Source: Raillietiella orientalis
Lineage: Eukaryota
Assembly (NCBI GenBank): GCA_036172245.1
Contig: JAYWIR010000020.1
Location: 1,054,001-1,118,000, forward strand
Direction of reading: 5' to 3'
DNA length: 64,000 nt
Numbering within the stretch: position 1 is the stretch's first letter; each line of letters starts with the position of its first letter. Shown here one piece after another: positions 37,250 to 52,274 of this stretch. Under the pieces are notes generated by a model. The model saw nothing but the letters and a program-made list of their open reading frames with translations, was not told where the DNA came from and did no database searches. The position numbers were made by a program, and so were the translations under genes.

Positions 37250-37950
37250 GAGTCATTCTATTCTGAAGCCCGTTCTGAGTCAGAAGACCCTCTAAGATCA
37301 CACCAAAACGGTTTCGCCATTGTAGCATCGAAATTGTATTCCATTAGGAATTTTACCAACTGGTAAATCCTATTGAATCCCATCCGACTACTCTGCTCTC
37401 AAGAGGGAATGTTCATGCTCTACCAACGGGATCAAGTTCACGTTGCATGTTTCTTTCAGCAGTCGTTCACGGATAATTTTTCCCATTAAATATGCAGGGA
37501 AAAACGGAGGAAGAAAGAAAACAGCATCATTTACGCGGTGCAATCTTAACTTGCAGGCTGGGTGAGATGACCCAAACCACAAACCCTTCATGCTGTCGTC
37601 GTTACCAAAATCCGTCCGCCAAACCATGTTCAAAAAAGACTTGACCAGAGCTGCAAAATTATTTGACAACCTCGTGCTACACATTTTCTTGTTTTTGGGA
37701 CACCGACTACCGTTAAGACAGGAAACAGAGAAATTCTAACGCACAGTGTTCCAATAAATCCAATTTGGAATCCCATCTATCGGGAACTGAGAGACATCTC
37801 GCGTTGAAATGTAGGACTAAATTTCGAAACCAGGGATGAAATGTGCTTGTACACTCATATACAAAGCCTGATTAGTTTCGGTCACATTGCCAAACTTCAG
37901 CAATACACGAATGTACAAAAACAAAACATTAGATTGGAGGAAGGTGTAGA
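37250..37950 (-). mobile_element. Degenerate hAT-superfamily transposase
   Basis: YMSVQAHFIPGFEI*SY (like YMSVTAHFI..FEL), LSNNFAALVKSF (like VTDNAANMVKAF) and HPACKLRL..VND (like C.AH.LNL.V.D) appear in the correct order, with in-frame stops. I could not identify TIRs. Confidence 0.55.
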
Positions 37951-40599
37951 ATTTGTGAGGAGTTGAATTAACGCTCATGTTGGAAAAATTATAGTATTTG
38001 GTTTTCATATTTTTCTTGATAAAAAAACATTTTCATTTAAATAAAAATGATTATCAAATCCCATTTCGTCATGCAAACTTCCATTAAGTAATTATTAATC
38101 GATAAAAAATGATATTTGATACCGGATAATTAATATAATGTTTACCATAACACCTTCAAAGTTTTGGAAGAATATGCTTTCAATAATATAATGCCCTGAA
38201 TTCTTAGATTGATAATCAATAACTAATAATCTATAATATAGTAAAAGAATATAAATAAAACAATGAAACAAAATCTTTGCAGAGTATGGGAAATTTTAAC
38301 TTATCGGATTAAATATATGTTAACTGAGGGAAGGTGGAATGTCAGTCACATGTTTTTACTGATCTTTTAACTAGCAACTTCAATTTGCTTTTAGAATTTC
38401 AATTCCCCACCTGATTCTGAACTGTATCTTCACCTGAAAGCATGCGGCTAGGAGAAAGCGACCCTGAAGTGTACAGTAGCTGTACATTATTATAAACTCA
38501 CTACAGGTGGAAATGAGTTGATGGAAGTCGATGCTGAAGCCATGATTAGAAAGATGAACTCAGTTGATCAAGTGGCCTTGTTACAAGCGGCTCCAAATAT
38601 TCAGTATGGTTTCATAGAAATGTTGAAATATGAAAAGTAGTGTTTCCATGTGGGACACTTTTTTTCGTTGGAAAATTTAGGAAGACGCTATAAAATGGTT
38701 ATAATCGCAGGTTCTGATAAAGCATATGGCATGAACTAACATGGCTCACAGCAAAGAATGTACCATCTACTTAAATGTTCAAAAATCACATTCATAGGAA
38801 CTTACGCAAACGTTTTTTTTTTTTTTAAATTATAAAAGCACAAAGAGTAATATTATAGTCCGATGGCATGCTATATGGAAACGAAAAGAAAAGCCAGTAG
38901 CTTAGAATCTTATTCTTATTAGTCTTCTTCTTATAAACAGTCCTGTCTCAGTAGTCAGGAGATCTCAGGTTATTGATTAGTTCTCAACTCACGAGTGACA
39001 GTTTGGAACTCTCATGAACACATCGTGTTTAAGGAAGCGATTGCATTATGTAACCCCATATTTATTTCATTTAATTTTCTCTCAATCTGTCACCTCCCTC
39101 ACCCATTGCAATGTCACACGGATGTGTCATCCTGGTACTTTGTATCAATCCAACCTGTTTGAGACAGGCAACGAAATGGTGTGGGGATCGCAAATGCAGA
39201 GATCTGAAGATTCCACACAGAAAATATAAAAATTCTGTAAGTCCCATGTGACACTGCGCAAATAAAATATGGGAGCAAAAAATGAAAAAAAAAAAAAAAA
39301 AAAAAACAAGAAAGGAAGAACGCTAGATGCATTTGATATCGAGTAAGAATCTGTGCTTTCATACAACGGAATGCCTGCCGCGATCCTGCCTGAATATTCC
39401 AAGCATGAATTGAATCCAACTACCAAATTCTCAAGAAGATTAAAGGCATCCTTCTAGAACAATCGAAAAATCATGGAGGAAATAAGAATTCCTCTGAAGG
39501 TTCAAGAATTCTTATTTGGGGTTTGCTTGATTTGTCGAAGTGAAATCTCTTGGAATCTCCGGGCGCATCTCTTGACGAGACTCCTGGGATAATTGTGAAC
39601 GTAACTCTTTGGTCGCTGTTTTATTCCTTTATCAAAATCCTATAATCAAGCATCAAGGGCAGATGTATATTCCAGTCTCCCTGATTTCAAAGATCTTTCA
39701 AGGAGCACTTTTTCTAGTGTGTGAATTTTGAAAATCCCGTTACCTGTTTGTGGACTTTGTAATACAGAGACGATACTTTCTTTCGATCTAGAATCAGAAC
39801 CGGTTTCCTGCTTCTGTCAGTGGCTTTCTGTTTTCGCTCTTTTGCACACCCGAGAAACCAGAACTGAGGAATGGTGCTCTTTTCGAATTTTCAACTTTAG
39901 GAGCTCCCTCGCGTGCATCAGTCGATGGGAACTAATCGCTCAAAGATGAAGAACTGAAACCTTGAGGAAAACCTCTGTGACCAGCCCTGAAAGAAGAGAT
40001 TACCCTTAACATGTGAATTCTCCAAAGCTTCATATGCTAAATATTCACTGATCAATGAAAGGCTTCTCAATACGTTTCCAAATACTTTCATCGTCGGTGT
40101 TTTGATTTTCTGGCGTTTCATTTAACATGTTAATTTCCCAGAAATAATAGAGTACTGTAAGGAATCAAGATTTATCACAGTTCTGCACTCTAGTCAGTTA
40201 TCAGTATCTGACTATTCTTTAGGCACTCATTGGAAAGGATACTCGAGGCTCGCCACTTCTTTCATCCACATAACTTTCAGTCTTGCAGTCGAGCAAAAGT
40301 TTCGGAAAGCACCGTTTAAATTTACCAACATTACGGAAATATTTGTGTGGATTCAACTGAATGGTATTAATCTTCCAAATATTAATATGTCCAACTTGAA
40401 AGTTTCCCTGAGACAAATTCAATTTTTAAAATAAAAATAATTTAATTCAAATTAGATGATCTTCAGTTCAACTGAAGTGATAAAAATCGATAACATTTCA
40501 GAGCAAGAATTTTCAGAGAAGAACGTCTTTATGATCGACCATAACAAAAAAAAAACTTCATGGACTCGGATAAGATGAAACCACTACTCTTTGTTCAAT

Positions 40600-43250
40600 T
40601 AATTCACAATTCTAGAGTGTTCTAGGACTATTGCTATCTACAGATATTTAGTTCTATAGAAGCCTTTTTGAATATTAATTAGCATCTGATCCTTTCTGTT
40701 CCCTCCCTTCACCAATCCCACAATTATATCTGTACTCTTCATTCTTATCTCATTCTCAAGAGCCCCACTCATTAATCCCCTGTCTTTGTCCTCTTTGTAT
40801 CCTATAATTCTATTTCTAGTGTATGTCGGAAAGATCCCCGTAGTCTTCTCATATATGAGATTTCACACTGAATAAAATGTCGAGCTTCAACCTAAAGTCT
40901 TTTATTTCCTCTGTTCCTCTCGCAACCCGTCTCGTGCCCTCCAAGTCATTCTACATTTCTCTGTTTAATCTGTATCTCGAAACATTCCCGTATCGTATTC
41001 TGCACAGTCACACATAATCTTGTGATTCCAATCACTCATCTATGCCTGCAATAACGTCCCATAAAAAAAAGAATATTCAGCAGTACTGACCTATCCATAC
41101 TTTCTAATGTCACGGAAAGCGAAATCCAAAAGTTTACACAGAAATCACCTAATTAATCACAGACCTTATTCTTATACATAATGATCATCATATTAACGCA
41201 TGTGCAAAATACCTTAATATAGGAAAAGCTACATCCACGCTAATACCTCTGAGCTATTCTTCCAGTTGTTCAAGTACTTGTTGGACTCTTCTGTTTCTTT
41301 CACAGAAACGTTTCCACGCTACAAATTGATTACCTGGACTCATATTTACTATTCTAATAGTAAATTCTTCCTTAAAATGTACTGTACTCCAAGAAACAAA
41401 CATCATTTTGAAGCACTGCAATCACTACCAAACCAATTCCCCAATGGCCTTAATCGGCTATTATAAAATTAGATATTAGTGCTAGAAAAAAATTCCTCGA
41501 AACCTTATCTCTAAATCTAATCAGCTATTTTTCTACACCAACTCGTGGTTTTCAGAATCACGCACCTTTCTTCTTGGATTTCAAGGGATCTTTATTTATG
41601 TACATTTGGAAGATACAGTGGTTCCTCACACTGGAAGCAAGTCAGCAACAAATTTTCTGGTCGTGGTTCCCTAGGGGAATGTCAACATGGTGATTTCCTT
41701 TTTTCTCCAAACATAACTTGCATCTTGATTTCTCATAAGGCACGGAATGCTGACAGGGAATAAAGTGCCGAGTTTTCCCAATTACTTCTGAACCCAGGTA
41801 GAATATTTCCTCCATGGTCCTTCTTTTCTTCCGATCAACTTTCCTCCCCTGATTTTTCTTTTTCCCCAAAATTTCCTCTGACATGAATATTGAAAAATAA
41901 TTTTCCTTTGGAAATTTCTCAGCAAAACACATGCAGTCAGAATTCTTTTCCTTTGAAAGTATACCATTCGCAGCTCTGACCCCAATAAAGTAGGAAACGC
42001 TTAGCTATTTTGAGATTGCAATCTTTGCAGAGAATATTCTGTAGAAAATCTCTATTCTGTTATTTCCAGCACTTGGTTGATATGGGCCGAACCAAAAACC
42101 TTTATCCTACTATTCAGTAGGCAAGCTACATATTTCATCAGTTTCTCTTATCATTTTCTTACCATTATTTTTGTTATAAATACCAAAAACAAGCATTCGT
42201 TTGCGCAGCAACTGATTCCATATCATCAAGAAATTCCCATTCATTCAGCAGTGTCAGCGTTGAATAAATAAAGCAGTCCTTGATAAAAATCACTAACTAT
42301 CATGAAATTCTCGCAACTAGAATAAATAAAAACTTACGTGAAATCTTGTTGCCACACACATAATTACCTAACACATGGACAATCTAAGAATTACTGGCCA
42401 TCGGATTACAAAATTGTCCTGATGGCAACAAAACATCCATTAACAACCAGCTACTAAGTAATTTGCAGTTAACAGATTCATATTCAGCTATAAGCAAGTA
42501 AATATTTCCCAAGATGCTGACATTTTACATTTCTCATGACCACTTTACATAATTCAGACCACTCCAGACCTTACAAATAATTTTTTTCAGTAAACCGACT
42601 TTTTTCTTTTCCTATAATGACTTTCCCATTCTCTTGCTCTTACCGATTAAAATGATCCATTACATAATTTCCTATTAACTACATCTCATGTTCATGACCG
42701 CTTTTATAGGATTATAATCCCGCATCCTTGAGAAACATTTCCTTTCCTCAAGGAAACGTTTCTTCCGGATGGATGGATGTTTTGATACGTCTACAGTTAC
42801 GTTTCACCAGGTATCTAACGAGAGAATGATGGGAGATTTGTAATCTCTGTGTGCCTAAAATTCAATCTACTCTTCGATAATAAAGTCGCAATCGAATTCC
42901 ATTTTAATAATTACATTTACGTATCCAAACATAACCTTCGAAACGTCATTCTAGTCCCTATCATGAGCAACAAATTGATTAAAACTTTGCATTGTCCCTT
43001 AACAAGAAAACCAAACAGTGCCAGAGGATTAAAGCAGTAATGTATCATACCAATGCAGGAGGCAACTCTTGCTGTATTATCCCTCATCAAACAAATCCCC
43101 ATATTCATTTTTGTCAAAACAAAACATGATCAAAACGAAAAACCATATGGGTTGGTCCTATTTTGGTTTTGGTACGTGGGATCTAAATTTCCTCATAAAC
43201 GCAAACACTCACTGCATTTCTAAGCACCAACTATCGAATGATCAACACCA
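40600..43250 (-). mobile_element. Highly decayed L2/CR1-like LINE
   Basis: IGMIHY and VIIKMEFDCDF (like IG.IYRP, VIIMGDFNCDF) near 42900-43060, DIPLG (like GVPQG) near 41680, and FLGV near 41390. Many stop codons. Confidence 0.35.
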
Positions 43251-43309
43251 TTTTCCAAGAATTGGAATAATCATATTTAAAATACTTTAATTTTTTTGCT
43301 GTATATGGA

Positions 43310-45025
43310 CGTGGTAGCATTCTTTGTTACCAGAGAAAGCCAACTCAAGGGTCTTATTCTGGAAGGGGAGATCATCACCATCTTTGCTTACGCCGACAGC
43401 TCTGCCGTTCGTCACGGCTGGCGGGTAGGATCAAAATGTGTGTAGGAACATTACCAAAACCATGTATAAAGGACTCGGAATGAAGGTCAACGCGGCGAAG
43501 CCCTATCCGCTCGCCGTGGAAATTCCCGACTCCACTATGTTGCGTACTCAGGAGTTCAGGATAGTGGATAAAGTCAAGTACCTAGGCGTCCTCATGGGTG
43601 ATGAACAAACTTCAAGCACACGGTGTTCTCGCAACCAATTCCCCAGTGTCGCCTTTTTCAAAATCTCGGAGGAGGTGACAAAACAACATGCCAGAACCCA
43701 CAGAAATCTAACATGAACCAGAAAGAAACTGAGGTTGCTGCTTGCGACTGGAGAGAGGCATCGGAAAACGAAACATTGCATGTGCCGCCAGATTTCAGGA
43801 TTTGCGGCATCGGGTCAGGAAATTGAAGGCCTGAGAAGACTGACCGTACGTGTTCCTCCGAGCCTACGCAAGATGGCTCAACCGAACCGACGACCTGATG
43901 GCCTCCTTGCCTGGGATACGAAGACAAGTGGCAGAATATCGACATGACCTAGACGAGGAAATTGCTCCTCATTAAGAGTGCCAGGATAAAAGCAGTCCCG
44001 AAGATTAGAGCCCTCCAGAGAAAAGAGCCGGTTATAGTGATCCCACTTTTCGTAAGCGTTCCATGGGTTACCAAAAGATGGTTATATGGAAGAGGACATT
44101 TGACCATTGGCGACTACGAACAATTCTTAAGCAGTAGTCAACGAGGCGCGATCGTTGCAGTACAAGCGCCGAATGAAGAATGGACGATGTGCAAGCTCTG
44201 AGAACTTTGGCAGGCTCAGGGTTCTCAATGAACGAAGGCCAACGTCTGTACTTGGGAATTCCAATTACCGCTCCAAGTTACCGCAGAAGAAGCTATGAAC
44301 TCCGACGTAAACAAAGATTGGACAGTATGTCTTCAACCCTACAAGCCATCCAGACCTTTCTGTAGAGATCCAGAATTGCCTCCTAATGTTTTATAACGGA
44401 GGGATCCTGTGTGACAGGAGGCTCCAGCCACTGGACTGGGAACCAGGATGATGAACTTTACCCGCATGCGGGAGCACCAAAGATGACATCCATCTGTAAG
44501 CCTACAGAACTCTCGTCCAGGACTGAAATGTGGTGAAGCAAGCGACTCAATTGCAAGCTCTGCCGAAGATCCTCAGAATGCTCCTCGACTTATCCTTATA
44601 CGTCCACACGTAAGGGTGATTATCGTCTTTTGCATCCAGAGAATCCTCATCAGGGACCAAGCTCCAGCGGGAAGTAGAGGTGAATGCGTGAAATATCCTG
44701 ATGGACCTTTTTCCTTCTGAAACAAGATATTGGGATCAGAAGGTGGGGAAGAGTTCCATCTTGGACTCTCAGCCGCCCTCTCAAAGGGAACCACGAAGAA
44801 GACTTGTCCTTTTCGTGCAAGATCCTGAGTGAAATAATAGTGTTTGCGTTCCCTGCACCCCTACCCTTTCCCTTGTAAACACTCGTCCCACAGGAGCAAT
44901 GGTATCCTTCTCCTCGGACGCGAAGAATCCCAGCTGAACCCACCTTGATGTTGCGTTGGCGATGGAGTGTTAAGTTTTGTGTTTAACAAATAAGTTTATT
45001 CCATCGCGGTCCCAACTGGGTAAAA
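43310..45025 (+). mobile_element. Degenerate L1/Tx1-like LINE, RT to 3' end
   Basis: IITIFAYADS (YADD) at 43386-43400, GMKVNAAK, DKVKYLGV, a decayed zinc motif PACGSTKDDIHL near 44460, and a C-terminus shared with 1038-1650. Ends ...ccatcgcggtcccaactgggtaaaac. Confidence 0.75.
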
Positions 45026-48000
45026 CATAATCCGATTTTCTTGATATGGTAGAAATCAAGTTGTTTTGCTTTCAAGTAATTTGAAGGAAGGTAAAACTTC
45101 TTTACAATTTACGTCGTTACATGTTCAGTTGCTTTAAACATGATAATTAATATTGTGAGATAATATGATATGCTTATTAGGACGCTTTGTCAACCTCTTG
45201 GGAAAAGTGAAAAGTTTCCAACTTAGTGAAAGGTGCTTCAATTTGCATGTTATTTTATGAAGTAAAGCAAGTTAAGTTCACTTGCTTTAAGTGCTTAGAG
45301 GAAATTTTTAAATCAACTTGAAAAACAATCTCTTTCTTTCTGGAGATAATTATATAATAGCGATAGGGCTAAATATGTAGTTATAAGCAATAGTTTTTGG
45401 TATCAATAGTAAGCCATGAAGATCGGTATATGGATTTCAGGTTACCAGTATACAAGTGAAAGTTTTAGAAAGAATGATCCGAGCTTCTCGAGCATTGCAG
45501 TCCTTTTGGTTAAAAGGAAAATGTAGTAATTATATTGTATTTGTTATGTATGTGTTTGTCAGTTATATAATGGGAAGTATGCCCATGAATGACATGTTGA
45601 AACTCTAGGATGAGGTGGTTAGTCAAGTTTAGGGTTTTCATCGACAAACTCAACAATGGAATAATGAATCGGAGATTCCATAAAGTTCATTTGTGAAGTA
45701 TTGTATCAAGTTTTCATATGTATATGCAAATATGCATCACATGTCCATGTGTATACAAAAATTAGAAATACAGATTTCTAATGTTTGTATATATATTGAA
45801 AGTTGAAAATGAAATTGCACTTGAATGCACCTTCATCAGAAAGAGCACTAATATTTTGAAAGGACTAATTCCTGCAGAATCCAGAAAAATTAAATGCTGA
45901 CATGCATGCAGGCTTGAATGTTTTCAAAATATGAGAAGCCCCCCCTCATTTTTTCTTCCAAAATTTGGATCTCTACCAGAAGTTTGACATTAAACTGAGA
46001 AATGTATTACTCTTTAAGGGAAAAAAAAAAAAAAATGAGAGGCATGCTCGTGAATATTCTCGGGATCTTTTAGTTTTTTTATATTTTGTACAAACCCTTA
46101 ACAAGTCATGGGTTAATGTGATATATAGTATATGATTGCAAAGTTAATAACTAACTTCAGGTTCAATTTCTTAACAAATTAAAATTTTATTTTTTTCTTC
46201 TTTTACTGGAAAACTTTGTGCTCTCACTTCATTCTAAGTTCACACATTTGCTTGTTCTGTATTTTATATGATCTCATCAGATGATTGTGTTAGGTTGGTG
46301 AAATATGCTATCAGAACAACACTTCATTCGAACTGCTTTTTTGTATTTTTCAGTAGTAGACTTCCTTACTTCTGCTTCTGCAAAAGCAAAACTGATTAAC
46401 TGATATATTTGGGAAGTGTCTTGTATTACCAGCATTTCAGATACAGAGCTGAAGAACCAGCTGCCAAAAGATAAGAAAGGTCATGCCACAGCTCTTTTCA
46501 AAGATTACACAAAGGTCATAAAGCAGGCTTGTGTATACAAAGTTTAGCCACATAATTGATAGACCCACTAAACACTCTCATCATTACTTTATGGAATGTA
46601 ATGTTCTTTTGAGTCAGAACAGGAACATGGAAAATGGATTTCAGCATATTAATGTAGCAGTCAAGATGGGTATCCAGCAAAGTTCTGCACTGAAACTAGG
46701 GAAATCAAACAGGAACTGTTGATGTAAGTCTCATTGAAAGGCATCCATCAGTGGGAATATTAAATATTGGAATACAATGTATGGTATCTTGTTCTAGAAT
46801 AAAGATTTGCCTGAATGTAAATATCTGAAATAAAGGATCAGCTGATTCAAAATCCTTGAAATGAATTTGAACCGTGTAAATTAATGAACTACACTTCATT
46901 CATGGATGATTAATGACCACAGATTAATAGTTTGTGAAGTTTGCAAGTTGTCCAGAAATTTTGTGGTTTTCTACTCCATTCTGAAGGAACTGTAAAGTAA
47001 GGAAGTAAATCAAGGCGCTAGTCACAGTAATGAAAGTCAGAACATGAAAACAGTACAAAGGACAGCACTGTGCTTTTTGACTTCAGATTCATGCAAACTT
47101 TTAGGAATCCCTTGACTGAAAGGGGAGCTTTCATATGCCTACATCATTGAATTGAAGATGGCATTTTGGTATATCTGTATATGCTCTTTTCATTTAGTTA
47201 ATATTTGTTGTGCATGTTTGTTTTTGTTTCATTCAGAATATTGCTCAGAGTTATTTTAATGTTTAGGGTTGTTAAATGGGATATGTAATTGTGAAAGAGA
47301 CTGTTTCTGCTAGCAATGCATGGCATATGTAGCTGCCCAGTATGTTCAGTTAATTTGTGTAAATGTCTTGGTTTAATTTAAAAATAGAACCTAATTTAAT
47401 TAATCTAAAAGTTTAAAGTAATTTAAAAGTTTTTCAGACTTCATGCATTTTTGAAAGAGTGGCAGATTTGGAATGATTGATGAAACATTTGGAAGATTAC
47501 TTTTTGGTGAATTTATGACAATCATGTGCAACATCTAACTCAATTTCCATCTTTCAAGCATAATGCAAAAGTAGGATACAACAATCAGTAACATACGTTT
47601 GTTTCTTGTGAAAACTTCTATCCTAGATACTACTTCATACTTGATTCAAAAGCCTTCAGATATTATGGGATACTATCCATTTAATAAGTGCAAAATGTAC
47701 TTACTGAATGGATAGTGCACAACACTTCAAGTTGTTAGATTCCATCTTCAGCTTCCTTATTACTATCATTTGAGTGCTACAATTCACTGCTTGCAGAGCT
47801 TTATATGTACACTGTATCATGTTGATGTATCATAGGAGAAGTGGATTTAATAAAAATTTAAGTACAGAATTACAATTGACTTTTCATAGATAAACCTGTT
47901 AATCTTCCTGATGTTTATAGTTGCTTCAGAAACTTGATCTTATTGGAGATCTACTCACCATTGCAAAGTTAAAGAGAAGTGCATCTCATTTCAGCCATTC

Positions 48001-51000
48001 TCGTACCCAAATTGTGTAAGTGAGTTGCATATTATGGAGCTGCTGAAGGAATTCTGGAATTCTATATAATATGGAATGCTATAAGAAGCTAATATTACAA
48101 ATTCAAGAATCATAAGCAAAACAGAGATGAAGAAAATGCTCAGTTTTTCTATCCAGTGCATTTCCAAGAGATAAAAATTCCAATTCCAAAAATTCAATTC
48201 CAGCATTCCAAATTCCAATTTTTGATTTCTGTAGTTACTTTGGTTACTTCATAGCAGTGTTGATTAAATCTAGGTTTTTCGTGGAGGGTCAACATTAGCT
48301 GTTGTGCTGCAAAATTAATGTTTCCTGTTTCTGCAGCAAATCTACATAATAGCAAAATCTTATTTGGTCATTCTGTAGGTACCATCCCCATGTGAGTCCT
48401 TTGTAATTCCCGAAACGTTCCCTTGTGGAACAAATATGCTCCCAAACAAATATGCACCCGAAACGAAGCAACTGGTTTGTTGAGAATTAAGCACCAATGA
48501 TTTTTGAAATGGTTTCCAGATTATTGGAAAACACTGGATTGCTGTTCAACAATGTTGTGATGATGCAATTTGCTTCATCCATTGTCTTCTCTGTCAACTT
48601 TATTGTGTTCTCATTTTTGTAAGCCATTCATATGCATGAATGCTTATAAAGCGTTACTCTTTTTAATGATTATTTTTCGTGCTATGCGTATTTCTCGTGC
48701 TTGTTGTTGTTCTAGCGTACTTTTTCCATATTTCAAAAACCTGGCAATTTACTGTTTTGCTAGGGACTAGAAATCAAAAAGACATGAGCGATGCATGTAT
48801 ATAAACTGTGATGTTTGAAAAACGTGTGGATGAGTGCGATAGCCCCACAAAGACTGTGGAAAGGAATTAGCCCTTTGCCCTTTTGGGTTCCATTGCATAC
48901 TTGAGCATATCAAAACAAAATGCAATGTTAAAATGTTTGTTGTTCAGGCCTCATCTGTTATTTAGTCTAAACAAATGCATTCCAAATTGCCAGCATTTGT
49001 TAAGGTATTGACCAAATTCAAGTATTTCTTGACATTTAACCGTTGCTGTTGTGTTACAAAATTAATTTGGGAATAGAGTCAACAAAAAATCATGGCAAAG
49101 ATGTAGAATCAAGAAAAAATGCAAACTGTCTCTATAAAATGCTAAAAGTATCTTGAAAAACAATAATATTCCATGATATAATTTTGGGAATTGCGACACA
49201 ACGGAAATTCTCACTGCACATGGCTTAGTTGGTGCTCAAAATGTGCAGTCTCTGCTTCCAGAAACATGGGTTGTGTAGAATATAAAGGCGTAGAACTTTA
49301 TCTTTGTCAGTGTGTTAGAATGAATCCCAAAAACATCTTTTAAGTTTTTAAGTCGGACGTTTTAATAAAAGACTGCAAAATTCAATCCGTGCACACAAGC
49401 AGCTGCTTATTGATTCCTTGCTCCAGCCCTAGTGGAAGCAGACTATTTAAAATTATCGCCGTGATGTACTTGTTTTTTCTTTTCATTCCATCTGTTTGTA
49501 CTACAGGGCAGTTAGCAATGTACAGGGCAAGCGCCATCATTCAAGGAAGATTTCATTTTCATCTTTCAGCCAGTCCTGGTCCAGTAAGGTGAGCATGAGG
49601 TTTGATCTTTTTTCAGTTTTTCAACAGATGACTCGCACAAAACAAAATACGACTTCACTTTGGCCAAAATATTTGTTTTTAAAATGCATCTTCGTGGTAA
49701 TCAAGGAATGAACTTTTATGTATGTAGTTTTTTTTTTTTTTCTAATCGGTTCCTGTAAATGTTAACGGATTTATTGGTTCATTGGTTTTTCAGGGATCAT
49801 CGTTTCGATTCTGGCTGTTGAGGCGAATGGAAAATGGTTTCTATCGAACTGGCAGGTCATAAGTTTATGCTGCTTATTGAGAAGAGAGTACCGTTCTAGA
49901 TGTTTTTTCTTAATATGTTGCAAATAGTGCCTCATAATAGTAAATGGGAGAGGGGGGGGGGGTCAGTAGTCTTAAATGAGTAGATGTCAAATCCGTTAAC
50001 GAAAACAGTGCACGTATTAATTTTCAGCCTTGATGAAATCAACTTCCCTATGGCAGACCTAATCATCGAAACCATATTTGTCTTGCTCTTTCTCCAGTGG
50101 TTGGTAGGGCTATCTATCATATCAGACACTTGAAATTGATCTCTTGAAATCGGTTATGACAGTTGATTCGTGGAGTTGTAAACGAGGTGCAACCTGTTTG
50201 TGAAATGAAAGTAATCAGCATGTTTGTGGAGCTTGTTGTTCCATTTCGACCTTGCAGTTGGCTGCATCTCAAGCCGTACTCAAGGTAAAGTGGAGGTCGA
50301 TTTTCATACGCAAATTAATATCTTTAAACAAGGCGACACGGGTCCTAATTGCATCAAGTGCTGGATGCTCGCGAAATTGGGCTTCTACTATCACTATGAG
50401 TACGTTCTTAACTTTTCCTAAATCTGCCTGCTCTAAGTCACACGAGCGTCGGATACATTCCTAAGTGATTTGCTCTTGCTTTTGTCTCGAAATATTGTTG
50501 CATTCAAACGGAATGTTCAATAAACTTGTTTACTCGGTGAGTGGATTCACAGACAGAAGATTGGATAGATCAGTTTTCTATTACAACTCATGTCGTGCTG
50601 TATTTTGTTTTAGAAAATTTCATGCTTGTCTTTAAACGAGAGTACAATACAGTAATACCCTAATTGAATTGTGCGCTGTGGTTTTCAAGACAGTAATTTG
50701 TTAATAAAGAAAGCATGGCATTATCTAAATTCATCATTTCTGGAGTTTCAGAGGTTGTTGTTTTCTCCTGAGGATCTTTAAAGGATTTCCACGAGTGAAA
50801 ATGGCAGAAACTGCCGTGTTCCTGGAACTTGCTATCAGGGTGAGCACGTTCCAGAATCGCTCTGTATCTCCCCTGGATACGGATTATAAAGATAGTGTCC
50901 GGGAAGTCTGTTCACTTCAGAGATAAGTCTAAGGGAGTGTGACTTGCATCTTAGGATGCGAACGTCTGCTTTCCGTTCCTCGCGACTGCCTGATGGCTGC

Positions 51001-51894
51001 GCAGCACCTCGTCCACAGTGCCCCCCACCTTTGCCGTGGTTCGCGTTCCAGATCAAGGAATCCACAGTCATCTACTTCCCATTCTTGGAATCTGCTGTAC
51101 CTTCTGTCGATCCACAAAATGATAGCTTTGGAGCTGAGTTCGATCTGGCCTTCCTTGTTTTTCGCGAAGACTAAGAATCCCAAGGAAGCGCTCAAAAACA
51201 GGTTTCGATCAGGCCGGATAAAGAATGCGTTACGTGCGTGCCGTGCATGGAGGTCATTAGAAACTCGCGCATTGTTCTTGAAAGATGATTAATAGCGTTT
51301 CTATTGCATTGCAAGACTACTCGATGATGAGTAAAGTGGGTATTCTCCTCATCCTCTCGAACGTGGAGTAACTGTCACGTAGGGGGACAAGCAGCTCCGT
51401 GTTCGTGGTCTCCACCAAGGGAAACCCGCTGATAACATGTTGCTTTTGCTGTTGCGGAACACCAGATCCACTGCTGACTAGCAAATCCGTTTTTTTTTCC
51501 TCTTCCCTATCGAGAACTTACGCATGAGGTTGCGTGTAAGAAAGGAGGAATCGGTTTGTCCGTCCTGATGTTTTGCACGGTCTCTGCAGAGATCTTCTGC
51601 GGGGAAGACGGAAACGTGATTCTGAAAGTTATCGTTTCCTAAAGTTGAAAGATTGGCTGCAGCTTGCAGATCTCTTTTGGATGATGCCCTTAAGCACAGG
51701 AGAGAATGCCGTTCTTTAGAAAAAAAACAAAAAACAAAAGCAGATGAATGAAAAAATGCAGGTTTTAAAAATAGATACAAATTTTTAAATAATGTCTTCG
51801 AACAGGAGAATGGGAAGAAATTCTTTTCTCAGTGACAGATCTTGCTGAGCAAAATTCATCGTTACTTTTTCTTGACCTCCTCCTCTTTTCTTCT

Positions 51895-52128
51895 TCACGT
51901 GGAAACACTGCTGTTATCCTGGACTGACTGCATGTTTGCTATTTTGCCTAAAATGGGTGCTGGTGGATTTGATAGCAGAGGCTGGCTGGGACTGGATCTG
52001 CTGGAGTACTCCTTGTTGAACTCCGTTTCCGAAGTGTCGTCGCGGCTGGACGGAGATCGGATTATGGGGATACCGATCCTCACCTCGTTCAATTCCTCGT
52101 TGTAGTCTTTCTTTTCCGTTTTCGACAT
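51895..52128 (-). CDS. Terminal coding exon of an unidentified - strand gene (Ser/Pro-rich, low-complexity tail)
   Basis: Strong acceptor (long T tract)cttaccgtag|ATG. Open frame MSKTEKKDYNEELNEVRIGIPIIRSPSSRDD...NSSVST* with many C/G-ending codons. Confidence 0.6.
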   Translation of the reverse strand: MSKTEKKDYNEELNEVRIGIPIIRSPSSRDDTSETEFNKEYSSRSSPSQPLLSNPPAPILGKIANMQSVQDNSSVST

Positions 52129-52274
52129 CTACGGTAAGAAAAAAAAAAGTTAAGTAAAAAGTAAGTTCCTTTTCTTTTGTTTCTCCTTTTGCGTGAGCCC
52201 CATCCCTTATAGAACGGTTCGGGACAGTATGGAACAGTTAAAGCATCTGTACATATATATATTTCTTTCCTCAC

